Shown here one piece after another: positions 51,633-63,369 of a stretch of DNA of 64,000 nucleotides. Position numbers and translations under genes: made by a program. Location of the stretch: positions 89,156,001 through 89,220,000 of the forward strand of contig NC_091985.1 in assembly GCF_044704955.1 (NCBI RefSeq). The letters are read 5' to 3'. The notes below the pieces were generated by a model that saw only the letters and a list, made by a program, of their open reading frames with translations, had not been told where the DNA came from and did no database searches. Positions within the stretch are counted from its first letter, which is position 1. Each line of letters opens with the position of its first letter. Source of the DNA: Pristiophorus japonicus (taxonomy: Eukaryota).

Positions 51633-51869
51633 TTAACGTTGAGCATGTGTTGTGTATAGGTGTCAGTAATGACCAGTGCTGCTGAGATGTTAATGTGATG
51701 CCCTCCCGATTTTTCATTTCACCTGCTCCTGTACCACTGCAAAATTGATCAGCAAAGAAGAAAATCCTGCCTGCATAAACTCAGCTCACACATGAAAAAT
51801 GGTTACTTAGGCAAGATATCAACTGACATTTGTGGAACCACGTCCTCGCAAGCAGTCAATACCTTCAGA

Positions 51870-51960
51870 TGTGGAGTGGTCGTGTTACTGGACTAGTAAT
51901 CCAAAGAATGTGAGTTCAAATCCCACCATGGCAGTTTGAGAATTTAAATCTATTTTTTTT
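51870..51960 (+). mobile_element. tRNA-derived SINE head
   Basis: TTACTGGACTAGTAATCCA...GAGTTCAAATCCC (B box); joins the family seen at 60440-60740. Confidence 0.55.
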
Positions 51961-51962
51961 TA

Positions 51963-52462
51963 ATCACCATCTACATGGCACAAGTCAGGAGTGTGATGGA
52001 ATACTCTCAACTTGCCTAGATGAGTGCAGCTCCCACAACACTCAAGAAGCTCGACATCATCCAGGACAAAACTGTGCACTTGATCGGCACTTCATCCACT
52101 TGTCTAAACATCTACTCCCTCCACCACCAGAGTATCGTGGCTTCAGTGTATACTATCTGCAGAATGCACTGCAGCAACTCGCTAAGGCTTCTTCAGTAGC
52201 ACCTCTCAAAGCTGTGCCCTCCACCACCTAGAAGAAAAAGGGCAGCAGGCACATGGCAACGTCATCACCTCCAGATTCCCCTCTGAGTTGGATATCACCA
52301 TTCCTTCATCATCCCTGGCTCAAAATCCTGGTACTCCTTACCTAACGGTATTGTGGGAATACCTTCACCACACAGACTGCAGCGGTTCAAGATGAAGGCA
52401 ACTAGGTATGAGCAACAACTGGCGGTCTAATCAGCGACGCCCATATCGTGAGAATTAATAAA
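51963..52462 (+). mobile_element. L2-like LINE 3' fragment
   Basis: TIY.AQVRSVMEYS.LA.MSAAPTTLKKLDIIQDK; tail CAGCGACGCCCATATC.TGAGAATTAATAAAA. Confidence 0.75.
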
Positions 52463-55400
52463 ACAGAAAGGGGAAGCATTAGTTACTAAAAGGGAGAATG
52501 ATGCATTTCTGCTGCTATATGAACAAAGCAGCTGGAAATATATGTAAAATTGAACGTATTTAAAATACATTTCATGTCAAGCTGTCAGACTCACTGAGTT
52601 CTTTTCCACATTCAAACATATTGTATTGCCTAGTCGTTGACTAATTTGCTGTCAGTGCTCAGAAAAAGGGATTCTGATAAGCATTTTACAAGTCTGGATA
52701 GTTACCATACAATCCACTCACTTCAAAAAGTCTCATTTAAATAAAAACAAAGCTTTTACTGTCTAACCTCTAGTCAAAGCATTGCACAAAATTTCAGGAA
52801 ATATCTTAGTGCACACAGGCTAAAAGCGGATCGTTTACTCACAGCTGGCACTTCACAGCTTAAGGATATTCCAATGTCACCTCATGTATTTGTATTCTGT
52901 AAACTGGGTACGTTGTATACATGTAAGTGATGCAGAATCTGCCATTCCCTGTATAGTACAGCGTATTTCAAATGGGTACATCAGCCATACAAATGATAGA
53001 TCTTCTTTACAAGGGATGTGCATCTCTGTGCAATACATTTGTAATACTGTATGTGCATGTTGCTGGAAGCAGTGTTAATGTTGGCACTTGTTAATGAAAT
53101 GGCTATTGTAAGCTGCTGTTTGCAGTGTTTCCAATACCTCATAGACTAGGAAAAGCCTGTATGTATCTGATGTGGATAGACTAATTTGCGACCCGGAAAT
53201 GTAAAGTCTCATTGGTTTGTGTGATTTACCTGTTCTTCGTAAAAGATGGCTGATGAGTAATTTTTTATGGTCAGGAGGCATAAATGACGTAAACATTTCT
53301 CACTTTGTCTAACATATGCGATTAAAATTTTTAACACTTAAATATGCCTTTTCCCTACTTATCATTGCTGACTTGCTGACTGGTTTAATATTTCATTGCA
53401 AAAAGCCTTCAGGACTGGACTATAGCTATTGAAATCACTCAAAACACCCAGCATAGCCTGCTATAGCTGGAGCAGTGTCTGCTCAGCAATAACATAATCT
53501 GACAAACTATGCTGTCACAGTAATAAATGCATAGTTCAACAAAAATGCACGAGTGCCTATCTACACCCAGTCACAGACATACAAACTATTTCACTAGCAT
53601 TAATAATGCAGACTTAGCAAAGATAAGATGATGGCAGTTCTCCAATTCCATTTGCTTTGGCATTCAGGATGAAGGTTTTTAAATTTGGTTTACTGTAGAC
53701 AGTCTGTTAATATTTTCAGCTACCCTTTTCCTTCACCTCAAGGCTTCATGAATAAACATGATCGAAAATATTCTCTTTCTGAGACGGCAACACTCAGGCA
53801 CATCTAACAACAGTTCTGCTCATTGTCTGTACATTCGCCAGACCTTGAAATTACATTGTGGAATACTAGAGTACAAATACTTAAATTGATTAACATCTAC
53901 ATCAAAATAGCAGACAAAGAACATATGAACATATTAATTATTTGTATGCTAGCATCCCACAGCATAAGTTCAAGGCTAAAGGGGTTTCATTTATCTGAAA
54001 TAAATGGCTTAACTTAACAACTATTTTAAAATAGAAGAGCAATGAATTTTACACAAGGTCATTAAATGATGTGTAGCAGAGGAAATCAAAGCCTGAGGTG
54101 AAGGAATACTATTCTTTAAGTCATTGAGATTCATATCACCTGTTGTTTGAGTGAACAACAAAACAAGCTGAAATTAAGTAAGTAAAAATGTTATAATAAT
54201 CAAATATAGCAGCACTGGAATATTGAAGTACAATCTGATTGGAAAATAAAAAGAATTGGAAAATCACATCTTATAGTGGTCAGTCATAGAACTGCATCAA
54301 CAGTAGGCTATGGCAGTGAGGATGAAGGTTTTTAAATCTGGTTTATTGTAGACAGTCTGTTAATATTTTCAGTTAATGTCTCTTAAGAGACATTTTTTGA
54401 ATTGAAAATGATTACCGGTTCAGTTGTATGTCCTAAATCTTGAAAGCAAATAGATAACCATGACCAGATTATTCATTCTATTCACATTAATGGGAGATGG
54501 TTCTGCACATGTATTTAAATTAGGTTAATCTTTATGATCATTGCTAATAATGCATCAAAATTAGTAGTTGTTTGACAACACATATGAAAGTTTACAATTT
54601 CAGATGGTCCTGTTGACTGGAAACACATTGAGTTATGATCAACAGAACACAGCGGTTTATTTTGCTTATACCACTGCTTCCTGAAAAATATTCTATTTAC
54701 TCAATACATTTAATTCATCTTTTAAAGAATTTAAATTAATTTTTTACATAAAATGTTTGCTTAATTTGGGCAGAATTACTAGTGTGATTATGGTGAAAGT
54801 TTGTAGATTATATACATCATACTGTTTTGTGAAAAGTCTGACATCAGCAGACAAACCTGTAAGAAAATTAATTTATCCTCAAACAATGTTTTATCATTAA
54901 AAAATATCAGGACACACAGTAAAAGAGGATGTTTAAAACAATATTAAACCAGAACTATAGGCAAGCACAAAAGTGATCTTGACAGCATCATGGCTGCTAA
55001 CTAGAAGAGATAACAGGGAGTCCCTATATCCCTGTTTAACAGCTCACAGTCATTTTGATATGCACCTATCTAGTTATATAAATCTTGTGTACTCATGCAT
55101 TTCCTGTCTAACTACCTGTTGACATGATTTTTGGTCATGCTTTTATGTCAGGATTTAACTTTGAAATGGTCTATGAAAATATTTAGGATGGAAATCCTGT
55201 ACATAAAGTTACCTTAATGATGCAGTTGCAATGCCTGACCTGTAGGTACTTCCATGGAGAAGGTTCGGAAATCTCTCTCCCAACTGTTGTCATCTTGTAT
55301 ATTTTTTTAAAACTTTGATTCATCAACTGACTATGGGCAATACCGATTTACTAGTAATATCTTAAAAGTCTTGTACATAGCACATAGTTCTTGTGTCACA

Positions 55401-55573
55401 CTTTCTGTAACAGTTTCCCATCAAAATGTCCTCATCGTACCTGTTTGATAACAGCCCTTTGTTATAAAATAGTGTATCCTCAAACTCACGGTGAGCCTGT
55501 CATGATTAGTAATAGATTAAAAGTTTTATGTGTGTGTGCACTATCAGAAATTGTAACACGTATTTATTTTTAG

Positions 55574-55910
55574 GAATGTTTCCACTTGTGGAGACGAGCA
55601 TAACTAGAGCCCATGAATATGTCACCAAGAAAGCCAATAGGGAATTCAGAAGAAACTTCTTTACCCAAAGAGTGGTGAGAATGTGGAACTCGCTACCACA
55701 GGGAGTGGTTGACGTGAATAGTATAGATGTATTTAAGGGGAGACTAGACAAGCATATGAGGGAGAAGGGAATAGAGGGTTATGCTGATAGATTTAGATGA
55801 GGAAAGATGGGAGGAGGCTCGAGTGGTGCATAAACGCCGGCATGGACTGGTTGGGCCGAATGGCCTGTTTCTGTGCCGTATATCCTATGTAATCCTATAT
55901 AATCCTATGT
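55574..55910 (+). mobile_element. CR1 3' fragment
   Basis: RRNFFTQRVVRMWNSLP; (ATCCTATGTA)-like tail. Confidence 0.88.
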
Positions 55911-56939
55911 ACTTCTTGTAACACTATTCCTATCACAATTTTGTCATACTATTTGTGTAACACTTCATGTTATGTTTGAATTTTTTTATTTAGCTTGAAA
56001 TGTTCTATTTATTACTCTGAGCTGTGATTGACTCTTCATAGCTGCCTCTCGAAGTGAAGGGATGCTGAGGCACTAATCCATTCATTATACTTACCTGTGA
56101 ATGGCTGATTCATCGCATGTAAGTTACCTCCAGACCGGCCCTCCATACTGAATCTTTAATGATAGTTTTTTTTTCAGTAAACAGAACCTTTATGCGTACT
56201 CCCCAAGTTAGGAAATTGGCAAAGTAACAGGTATTTTGCAAATTAATGTCTCTAAGAAAATGATTGCCTAAAAATTAAGTCGGATGTGAAAATAAGTAAG
56301 CATGTGAGTGGGCATATGTGCATTTGCTTCTGTATGTAAGCACCTGTACATATACAAATGCAAAAATAGACAGCAAGTTGTGATATTCTGAAAAGTAAAC
56401 TGCTAAGTGATTTCAGGCAATCTAACAGGGCTACCAAAGGGAGGTCTTTGCCTACATAACAACAGTGAGTACACTTTAAAACTGTTTCATTGGCTGTGAA
56501 GCACGTCAGGATGTCCTGAGGACAAGAAAGGTGTTATATAAATGCAAATTATATTTCTTCTTTATTTTTTACTTCTATCCATTTTGATTCTTTCTTAACA
56601 CAACGCTCCAAGGTATCCTTATGTTCTAGCACTGTAATAGAATCTTTCACAAACAGTGTCACTCCGTTATGTTGTTTTCCCCCTCCTTCTCTCTACTGAA
56701 ATGTTAAACCCGGAATATTAAGTTCACAGTCCTGTTCAAACCTAAGTTACATGTCTGTTATGAGTGCTTTTAACTCTTCAGTTTTCTTTTCAATGTTTTT
56801 GCATTCACTTGAGATACTACTCATTTATCCTTACTCACTTTGCTGGTTTTCAGATTTAATTTTTCATATCCCTTGCCACTTCTAGAAGTGTTTTTATTTC
56901 TCTACCTCGTGACCTCTTTATTTTCCCAATTCTTCTCCT

Positions 56940-57300
56940 AAACACTCCTTCCAGGTGAAACAACAATTTACTACACTGTATTCACTGCTCACAATGCAGT
57001 CTCCTCTACCTTGGGGAGATCAAACGCAGAACTCTTGTGTTTCTTTACCTGTCCCATTACCACCCCCTTTTGCCTCGCACCATCATTCCTTTTGTCATTT
57101 AATCTCTCCTGCCTTCCACCCTATCACAGACCTTCCCCTTTTGTTCTATCCTCCCCTCCCCCCTTTTCCCTGCCTCTGTACTTGCTTAAAAACCTGTTAA
57201 ATTTCTAACTTCTTCCAGTTCTGATGAAAGGTCACCGACCTGAAACATTAACTTTGTTTTTCTCTCCACAGATGCCACCTGACCTGCTGAGTATTTCCAA
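56940..57300 (+). mobile_element. Penelope-like element 3' remnant (GIY-YIG fragment, pyrimidine-rich UTR, hammerhead)
   Basis: FQVKQQF...CIHCSQCSLLYLGEIKRR (GIY-YIG-like), then the hammerhead motif at 57217-57253. Confidence 0.75.
57217..57253 (+). ncRNA. Minimal type I hammerhead ribozyme motif
   Basis: AGTT-CTGATGA-A-AGGTC-ACC-GACCT-GAAA-CATT-AACT: stem I AGTT/AACT, stem II 5 bp, core boxes intact; stem III palindrome ACGT mutated to ACAT. Confidence 0.6.
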
Positions 57301-57319
57301 AATGATCTGTTGATATGAA

Positions 57320-58240
57320 AGTCACCACTACAGGTTGATAAGGCTGTGAAAAATGCGAATAGAATTCTAGGTTTTATCTCAAGTGGTTTTTGGCACCACA
57401 TTATAGGAAGGATATTGAAGGTACAACAAAGATTCGCTACGGTGCTAATTGATATAAGGAAATACAAATATGAAGGGAGACTTACAAAATTGGGTCATTT
57501 TTTGTTAGAACAACACAGATGACAAGGTAATATAACTGAAGTGTTTAAAAATATGAAAAGGATAGCTCATACAAACTGTTTCCAATAGTTAAAGAGGTCA
57601 AAATTAGTGAACATAGATCCAGGATTAAGTACAAGAGGGCGTATTTTCTGGTTTTTTGTGCTCTGTTTTTCGCCCCGGAAGGACGGCAATGGTGGCTGTG
57701 AGATCTTCTGGGTGGGCAGTCAGCCTCCAGAGGCCCGCCGGGGTTTTCAGGGCCAGTTTTGCGGCGACGCAGAGCAGTACCACCCGGAAGAGCTGCGCCG
57801 CACTTTTTGAGTCCTGCCCGACACCTCCCTTAGTGCTGCGCCCCAGACACAGGGCCCAACTGCACAATGTCGCTGACTGAGGCACAAACTGTTCCCGGGT
57901 TCAAACTTTACCGCCCCGCTGTCATTATCACCCCGAAATCATCAAAGCCGAAAATCCAGCCCTTAAGAGATTTAGAACTGAGGACAGGAGAAACTTCTTC
58001 ACGCAGTTACTTGTGTGGCTGTGTAATTCACTTCCAGGGTTAGTGGTTGAGTCAGAAACTATATCAACATTCAAGATTAGATTGGATAGATGGAGGAAGG
58101 AAAGGGGATGGAGTGATATGGGAACAGGGTGGTTAAATATGATTGGAACTATTTGCTCTCATGGAGGGTAAATGCCGACACGGACTGGTTAGGCTGAAGG
58201 GCCTGTTTCTGTGTTGTAACTTCTATGTATGTCTATGAAT
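57320..58240 (+). mobile_element. Old CR1 3' fragment with nested MITE
   Basis: KAVKNANRILGFI, RRNFFTQ, and CR1 tail (TTCTATGT). Confidence 0.8.
57637..57962. mobile_element. Harbinger-like MITE
   Basis: CpG-rich insert with ends GGGCGTATTTTCTGG / rc GGGCTGGATTTTCGG; TSD not clear. Confidence 0.55.
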
Positions 58241-58499
58241 ATGTTGCAGATACAGACGGCTCTGCTTGTGTGCCAGAAATAGCATGTTCCCATTCTGCTG
58301 TAAGAATGCAGACTTGAGGATATAGTTTGACGAATAGCAGATGCTGCCAAGGGACTAGCAATAATTTTGAGAAACAATTATCTGTCCCTGTGCTTTTTGT
58401 ATGAATGGAGGTCAAGTCTTGATTACAGTCACATATCTATGTGTGCCCATACCATTGTACAACTGAGAGGTCCCGGAATTTATGCTTGAGGTTGCCCCT

Positions 58500-59845
58500 A
58501 ATGAGCTGCACTCATCCAGGCAAGTGTAGAGTATTCCATCACACTCCTGACTTGTGCCTTGTAGATGATGGAAGGGCTTTGGGGAGTCAGGAGGTGAGAC
58601 ACTCACCACAGAATACCCAACCTCTGAACTGCTCTTGTTGCCACAGTATTTTTGTGGCTGGTCCAATTAAGTTTCTGATCAATGGTGACCCCCCAGGATG
58701 TTGATGGTGGGGGATTCGGTGATGGTAATGCCATTGAATGTCAATGGGCAGTGGTTAGACTTTCGCTTGGAAATGGTCATTTCCTGGCTTTTTGTACGAC
58801 GCAAATGTTACTTGCCATTTATCAGCCCAAGCCTGAATGTTGTCCAGGTCTTGCTGCATGTGGGCATGGACTGCTTTATTATCTGTGGTGTTGTGAATTG
58901 AACTGAACACTGTGCAGTCATCAGCGAATATCCCCACTTCTGACTTTATGATGGAGGGAAGGTCATTGATGAAGCAGCTGAAGATGGTTGGGTCTAGGAC
59001 ACCGCCCTGAGGAACTCCTGCAGCGATGTCCTGGGGCTGTGATGATTGACCTCCAACCACCACAACCATCTTCCTTTGGGCTAGGTATGACTCCAGCCAG
59101 TGGAGAGTTTTCCCCCGATTCCCATTGGCTTCAGTTTTACTAGGACTCGTTGATACCACACTCGATCAAATACTGCCTTGATACCTCTCACCTCGCCTCT
59201 GAAATTCAGCTCTTTTGTCCATGTTTGGACGAAGGCTGTAATGAGGTCTGGAGCCGAGTGGTCCTGGCAGAATCCAAACTGGGCATCGGTGAGCAGGTTA
59301 TTGGTAAGTGCTGCTTGATAGCACTGTCAACAACACCTTTGCTGATGATTGAGAGTAGACTGATGGGGCGGTAATTGGCCAGATTGAATTTGTCCTGCTT
59401 TTTGTGGACAGGACATACCTGTGCAGTTTTCCACATTGTCGGATAGATGCCAATGTTGTAGCTGTACTGCAACAGTTTGGCTAGAAGCACAGCTAGTTCT
59501 GGAGCACAAGTCTTCAGCATGACAGCCGGGATGTTGTCGGGGCTCATAGCCTTTGCTGTTTCTTGATATCACGGGGCGTGAATTGAATTGGCTGAAGACT
59601 GGCTTCTGTGATGGTGGGGACCTCTGGAGGAAGTCGATGTGGATCATCCACTCGGCACTTCTGGCTGAAGATTGTTGCAAATGCTTCAGCCTTGTCTTTT
59701 GCACTAATGTACTGGGCTCCGCCATCATTGAGAATTGGGATATTCATGGAGCCTCCTCCTCCTGTTAGTTGTTTAATGGTCCGCCACCATTCATGAATGG
59801 ATGTGGCAGGACTGCAGATCTTTGATCTGATCCGTTGATTGTGGT
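58500..59845 (-). mobile_element. L2-like LINE RT fragment
   Basis: NYRPISLLS, GVPQGGVL, IFADD; same family as 51963-52462. Confidence 0.85.
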
Positions 59846-60439
59846 ATCTACTCGATTGAATCCTTAATTAGATCACCCCTCAACCTTCTAAACTCAAGGA
59901 ATGCAAGCCAAATTTATGTAACCTGTCCTCATAATATAACCTTTTAATCCCGGTATCATTCTGGTTTGAATCTGAAGAAAGTGTAAATCAGTGTGACAAT
60001 TAATGTATTGTGATTATTATTGCACTAGCCAGAGCATTGCTGTCTCCATAACTGTCAACATTACCTCAGATACTCTACTATTTCCCAATCTACAATGTCC
60101 ATAATGCAAAATACCTTGCTGGCTGATGATGAAAAGGTAGACTGAATACTTTCATGTCGTCAGCTCTGTCTGTATAAGGCTAGTTAGTGAGCAAGCTTTC
60201 TCAGCTGCTAATAAGGATGTCTTCCTCTTTTATCCTGATATAATAGTTGAGAAATATCCTCATTATCCCTCTTTTGCACTTCATTTACAGTATGCTACTA
60301 ACTAGATTCAAGTTAAGAATATTCTTGTGTGAAACCATTTAGGCAAACATGGCTGAGATTCCCAACCTCCTTGGGCATATATTTCTATCAACATAAGATA
60401 ATAGTCACTTACCCACATATAGTAATGTCAAGTCATTTT

Positions 60440-60740
60440 TTTTTTATTTATTCATTCCCAGGATGTGGACATCACCGGCAAGGCTAACATTTATTGCCCT
60501 TTCCTATACAACTGTGGCTTGCTAGGCAATTTCAGAGGGTAGTTAAGAGTCAATCACTGTGGGTCTGGAGTCACATATAGACCAGACCGGGTAAGGACAG
60601 CAGATTTCCTTCCCTAAATGACATTAGTGAACCAGATGGATTTTTACAACAATCCATTAGTTTCATGGTCACCATTACTAATACAAGTTTTTTAATTCCA
60701 GATTTATTTAATTAACTGTATTTAAATTCCCCAGCTGCCA
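60440..60740 (-). mobile_element. SINE sharing its 3' tail with the L2-like LINE (SlmI-like body)
   Basis: Minus strand CTGGTTCACTAATGTC.TTTAGGGAAGGAAATCTGC.GTCCTTACCCGGTCTGG...GGGCAATAAATG...GAATGAATAA. Confidence 0.65.
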
Positions 60741-63335
60741 TAAGAACACAAGAACACAAGAAATAGGAGCAGGAGTAGGCCATTTGGCCCCTCGAGCCTG
60801 CTCCGCTATTCAATATGATCATGGCTGATCTGATCTTGGCCTCAACTCCACTTCCCCGCCCACTCCCCATAACACTTGATTCCCTTATCATTCAAAAATC
60901 TGTCTATCTTAAATATATTCAATGACCCAGCCTCCACAGCTCTCTGGGGTAGAGAATTCCAAAGATTCACAAACATCTGAGAGAAGAAATTCCTCCTCAT
61001 CTCCGTTTTAAATGGGCGACACCTTATTCTGAAAATATGCCCCCTAGTTCTAGATTCCCCCATGAGGGGAAACATGCTCTCTACCCTGTCAAGCCCCCCT
61101 CAGAATCTTATATGTCTCAATAAGATCACCTCTCATTCTTCTAAACTCCAATGAGTATAGGCCCAACCTGCTCAACCTTTCCTCATAAGACAACCCCTTC
61201 ATCTCAGGAATCAACCTAGTGAACCTTCTCTGAACTGCCTCCAATGCAAGTATATCCTTCCTTAAATAAGGAGACCAAAACTGTACACAGTACTCCAGGT
61301 GTGGTCTTACACAGTTGTAGCAAGACTTCCCTACTTTTATACTCCATCCCCCTTGCAATAAAGGCCAACATTCCATTTGCCTTGATAATTACTTGTTGTA
61401 CCTGCATGCTAACTTTTTGTGTTTCATATACAAGGACCCCCAGACCCCTATGAACCACAGCATTTTATAGTCTCTCTCCATTTAAATAATAATTTGATTT
61501 TTTACTCTTCCTACCAAAGTGGATAACCTCATATTTTCCACATTATACACACTCTGCCAAATTTTTACCCACTCACTTAATCTATCGATATCCCTTTGCA
61601 GATTATTTGTGTCCTCCTCACAACTTGCTTTCCCACCTATCTTTGTATCATCAGCAAATTTGCCTACAGTGCACTCGGTCCCTTCATCCAAGTCATTAAT
61701 ACAGATTGTAAATAGTTGAGGCCCCAGCACTGATACCTGTGGCATCCCACTAGTTATAGTTTGCCAACCTGAAAATAACCCATTTATCCTGACTCTCTGT
61801 TTTCTGTTAGTTAGTCAATCCTCTATCCATGCTAATATGTTACCCCCAACCCTGTGAACTTTTATCTTGTGCAGTAACCTTTTATGTGGCACCTTATCGA
61901 ATGCCTTCTGAAAATCCAAATACACCACATCCACTGGTTCCCCTTTATCCACCCTGCTCATTACATCCTCAAAGAACTCTAGCAAATTTGTAAAACATGA
62001 TTTCCTTTTCATAAAACCACGCTGACTATGTTGGATTGTATTATGATTTTCTAAATGTCCTGTTACTGCTTCCTTAATAATGGACTCCAGCAGTTTCCCA
62101 CTGTGAGATGTTCAACTAACTGGTCTGTAGTTTCCTGCTTTCTGTCTCTGGGCTAGAGTTTCCTCTCAAACTGTCCACTTACCGCCTATTTACTGCCCAG
62201 AAATTCAAGTTTCCTCTCAACCGCCCATTTACCACCCACTTACCGCCTGGCAGTAAATTCCACAGTCATTACCGTCGGGCAATATTCGATACTGTCTGCC
62301 CATATATTACCGCCCAAATACCACCCAAAATGGAAGTTTCAGCTTTTAAGATCCGTTTACCACCGGACCTTAATACTGCCCTGAAAAAGCAGGTCTTACT
62401 GGATCTTAAGTGAGCGGTATGGACACAGATCTAACAGGTTTGTTTGATATTACACAGATCTTTATAGTTCTCCACAGTTTGATGTATTTTTAAATGGTTT
62501 GTAGTATTTTCTAGTGTTAGGCAATAACATAAATGGTCTAATAAAGCCTTATTTACTTCTTTAGTCTCTCTCACTCACTAGTCTCACTCACATTAGTCTC
62601 ACTCTCCCACCCCCCAGTCTTTCTCCCCCTACCCCCAGTCTCTCTCCCCTCCAGTCTCTTCCCCCCCCCCAGTCTTTCCTCCCCCTAGTCTCTCCTCCCC
62701 CCAGTCTCTCTCACCCCCCCCACTCTACCCCCACCAGTGATTACCCCCCCCCCATCCACAGCGATCTCTCTTCCCACCCCCCCACCACCCCAGCAATCTC
62801 ACTCTTCCCCCCACCCCCCTCCACCTCGCCCCAACGCGATCTCAGGCCGGCAGTCTCTGGCCTCTCGTCGGTGCCTCTCGGTGATGCGAAGCATGACAGC
62901 CGCAGCACATGTGCACAACTTGGGAGCCAAAGATTCTCGAGTCGATAGGCCTCCTCTGTCGCACAACGCCCGCTCCACTTCGCTCCCGCACCGCTCCGCC
63001 GCCGCCGACATGGAGAACCCGAAAACCACAGGAGCGCGCACCAGCAGCATTTCAGTGGTTGAAAAAGACGCAAGCGCCGGAACACCGCTAAGGATCGGGC
63101 GGGGGAAATTTAAATGGAAAATCCAGCCCTCTCTCCCTTCTTGAATAGGGGCGTTACATTTGCAGTTTTCCAATCCGCTGGGACATCTACAGAATCCAGT
63201 GAATTTTGGTAGTTTGCAACCAATGCATCCACTATCTCTGTAGCCACTTCTTTTAAGAATCTAGGAGGCAGGCCATCAGGTCCAGGATACTTGTCTACCT
63301 TTAGTCCCATTAGTTTGCCTAGTACTTTTTCTTGA
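60740..63335 (-). mobile_element. 5'-truncated CR1 LINE with nested Harbinger-like element
   Basis: RT ORFs 63110-63346, 61815-62012, 61482-61745, 60842-61075; tail at 60740. Confidence 0.92.
62150..63129. mobile_element. Harbinger-like non-autonomous element
   Basis: TIRs GGGCTAGAGTTTCC / rc GGGCTGGATTTTCC; perfect TSD TCT; about 10 subterminal TTACCGCCC-like repeats; C-rich internal tract. Confidence 0.85.
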
Positions 63336-63369
63336 GTGAACATCACTTATGTGCCAATGGCAAGGGGAT

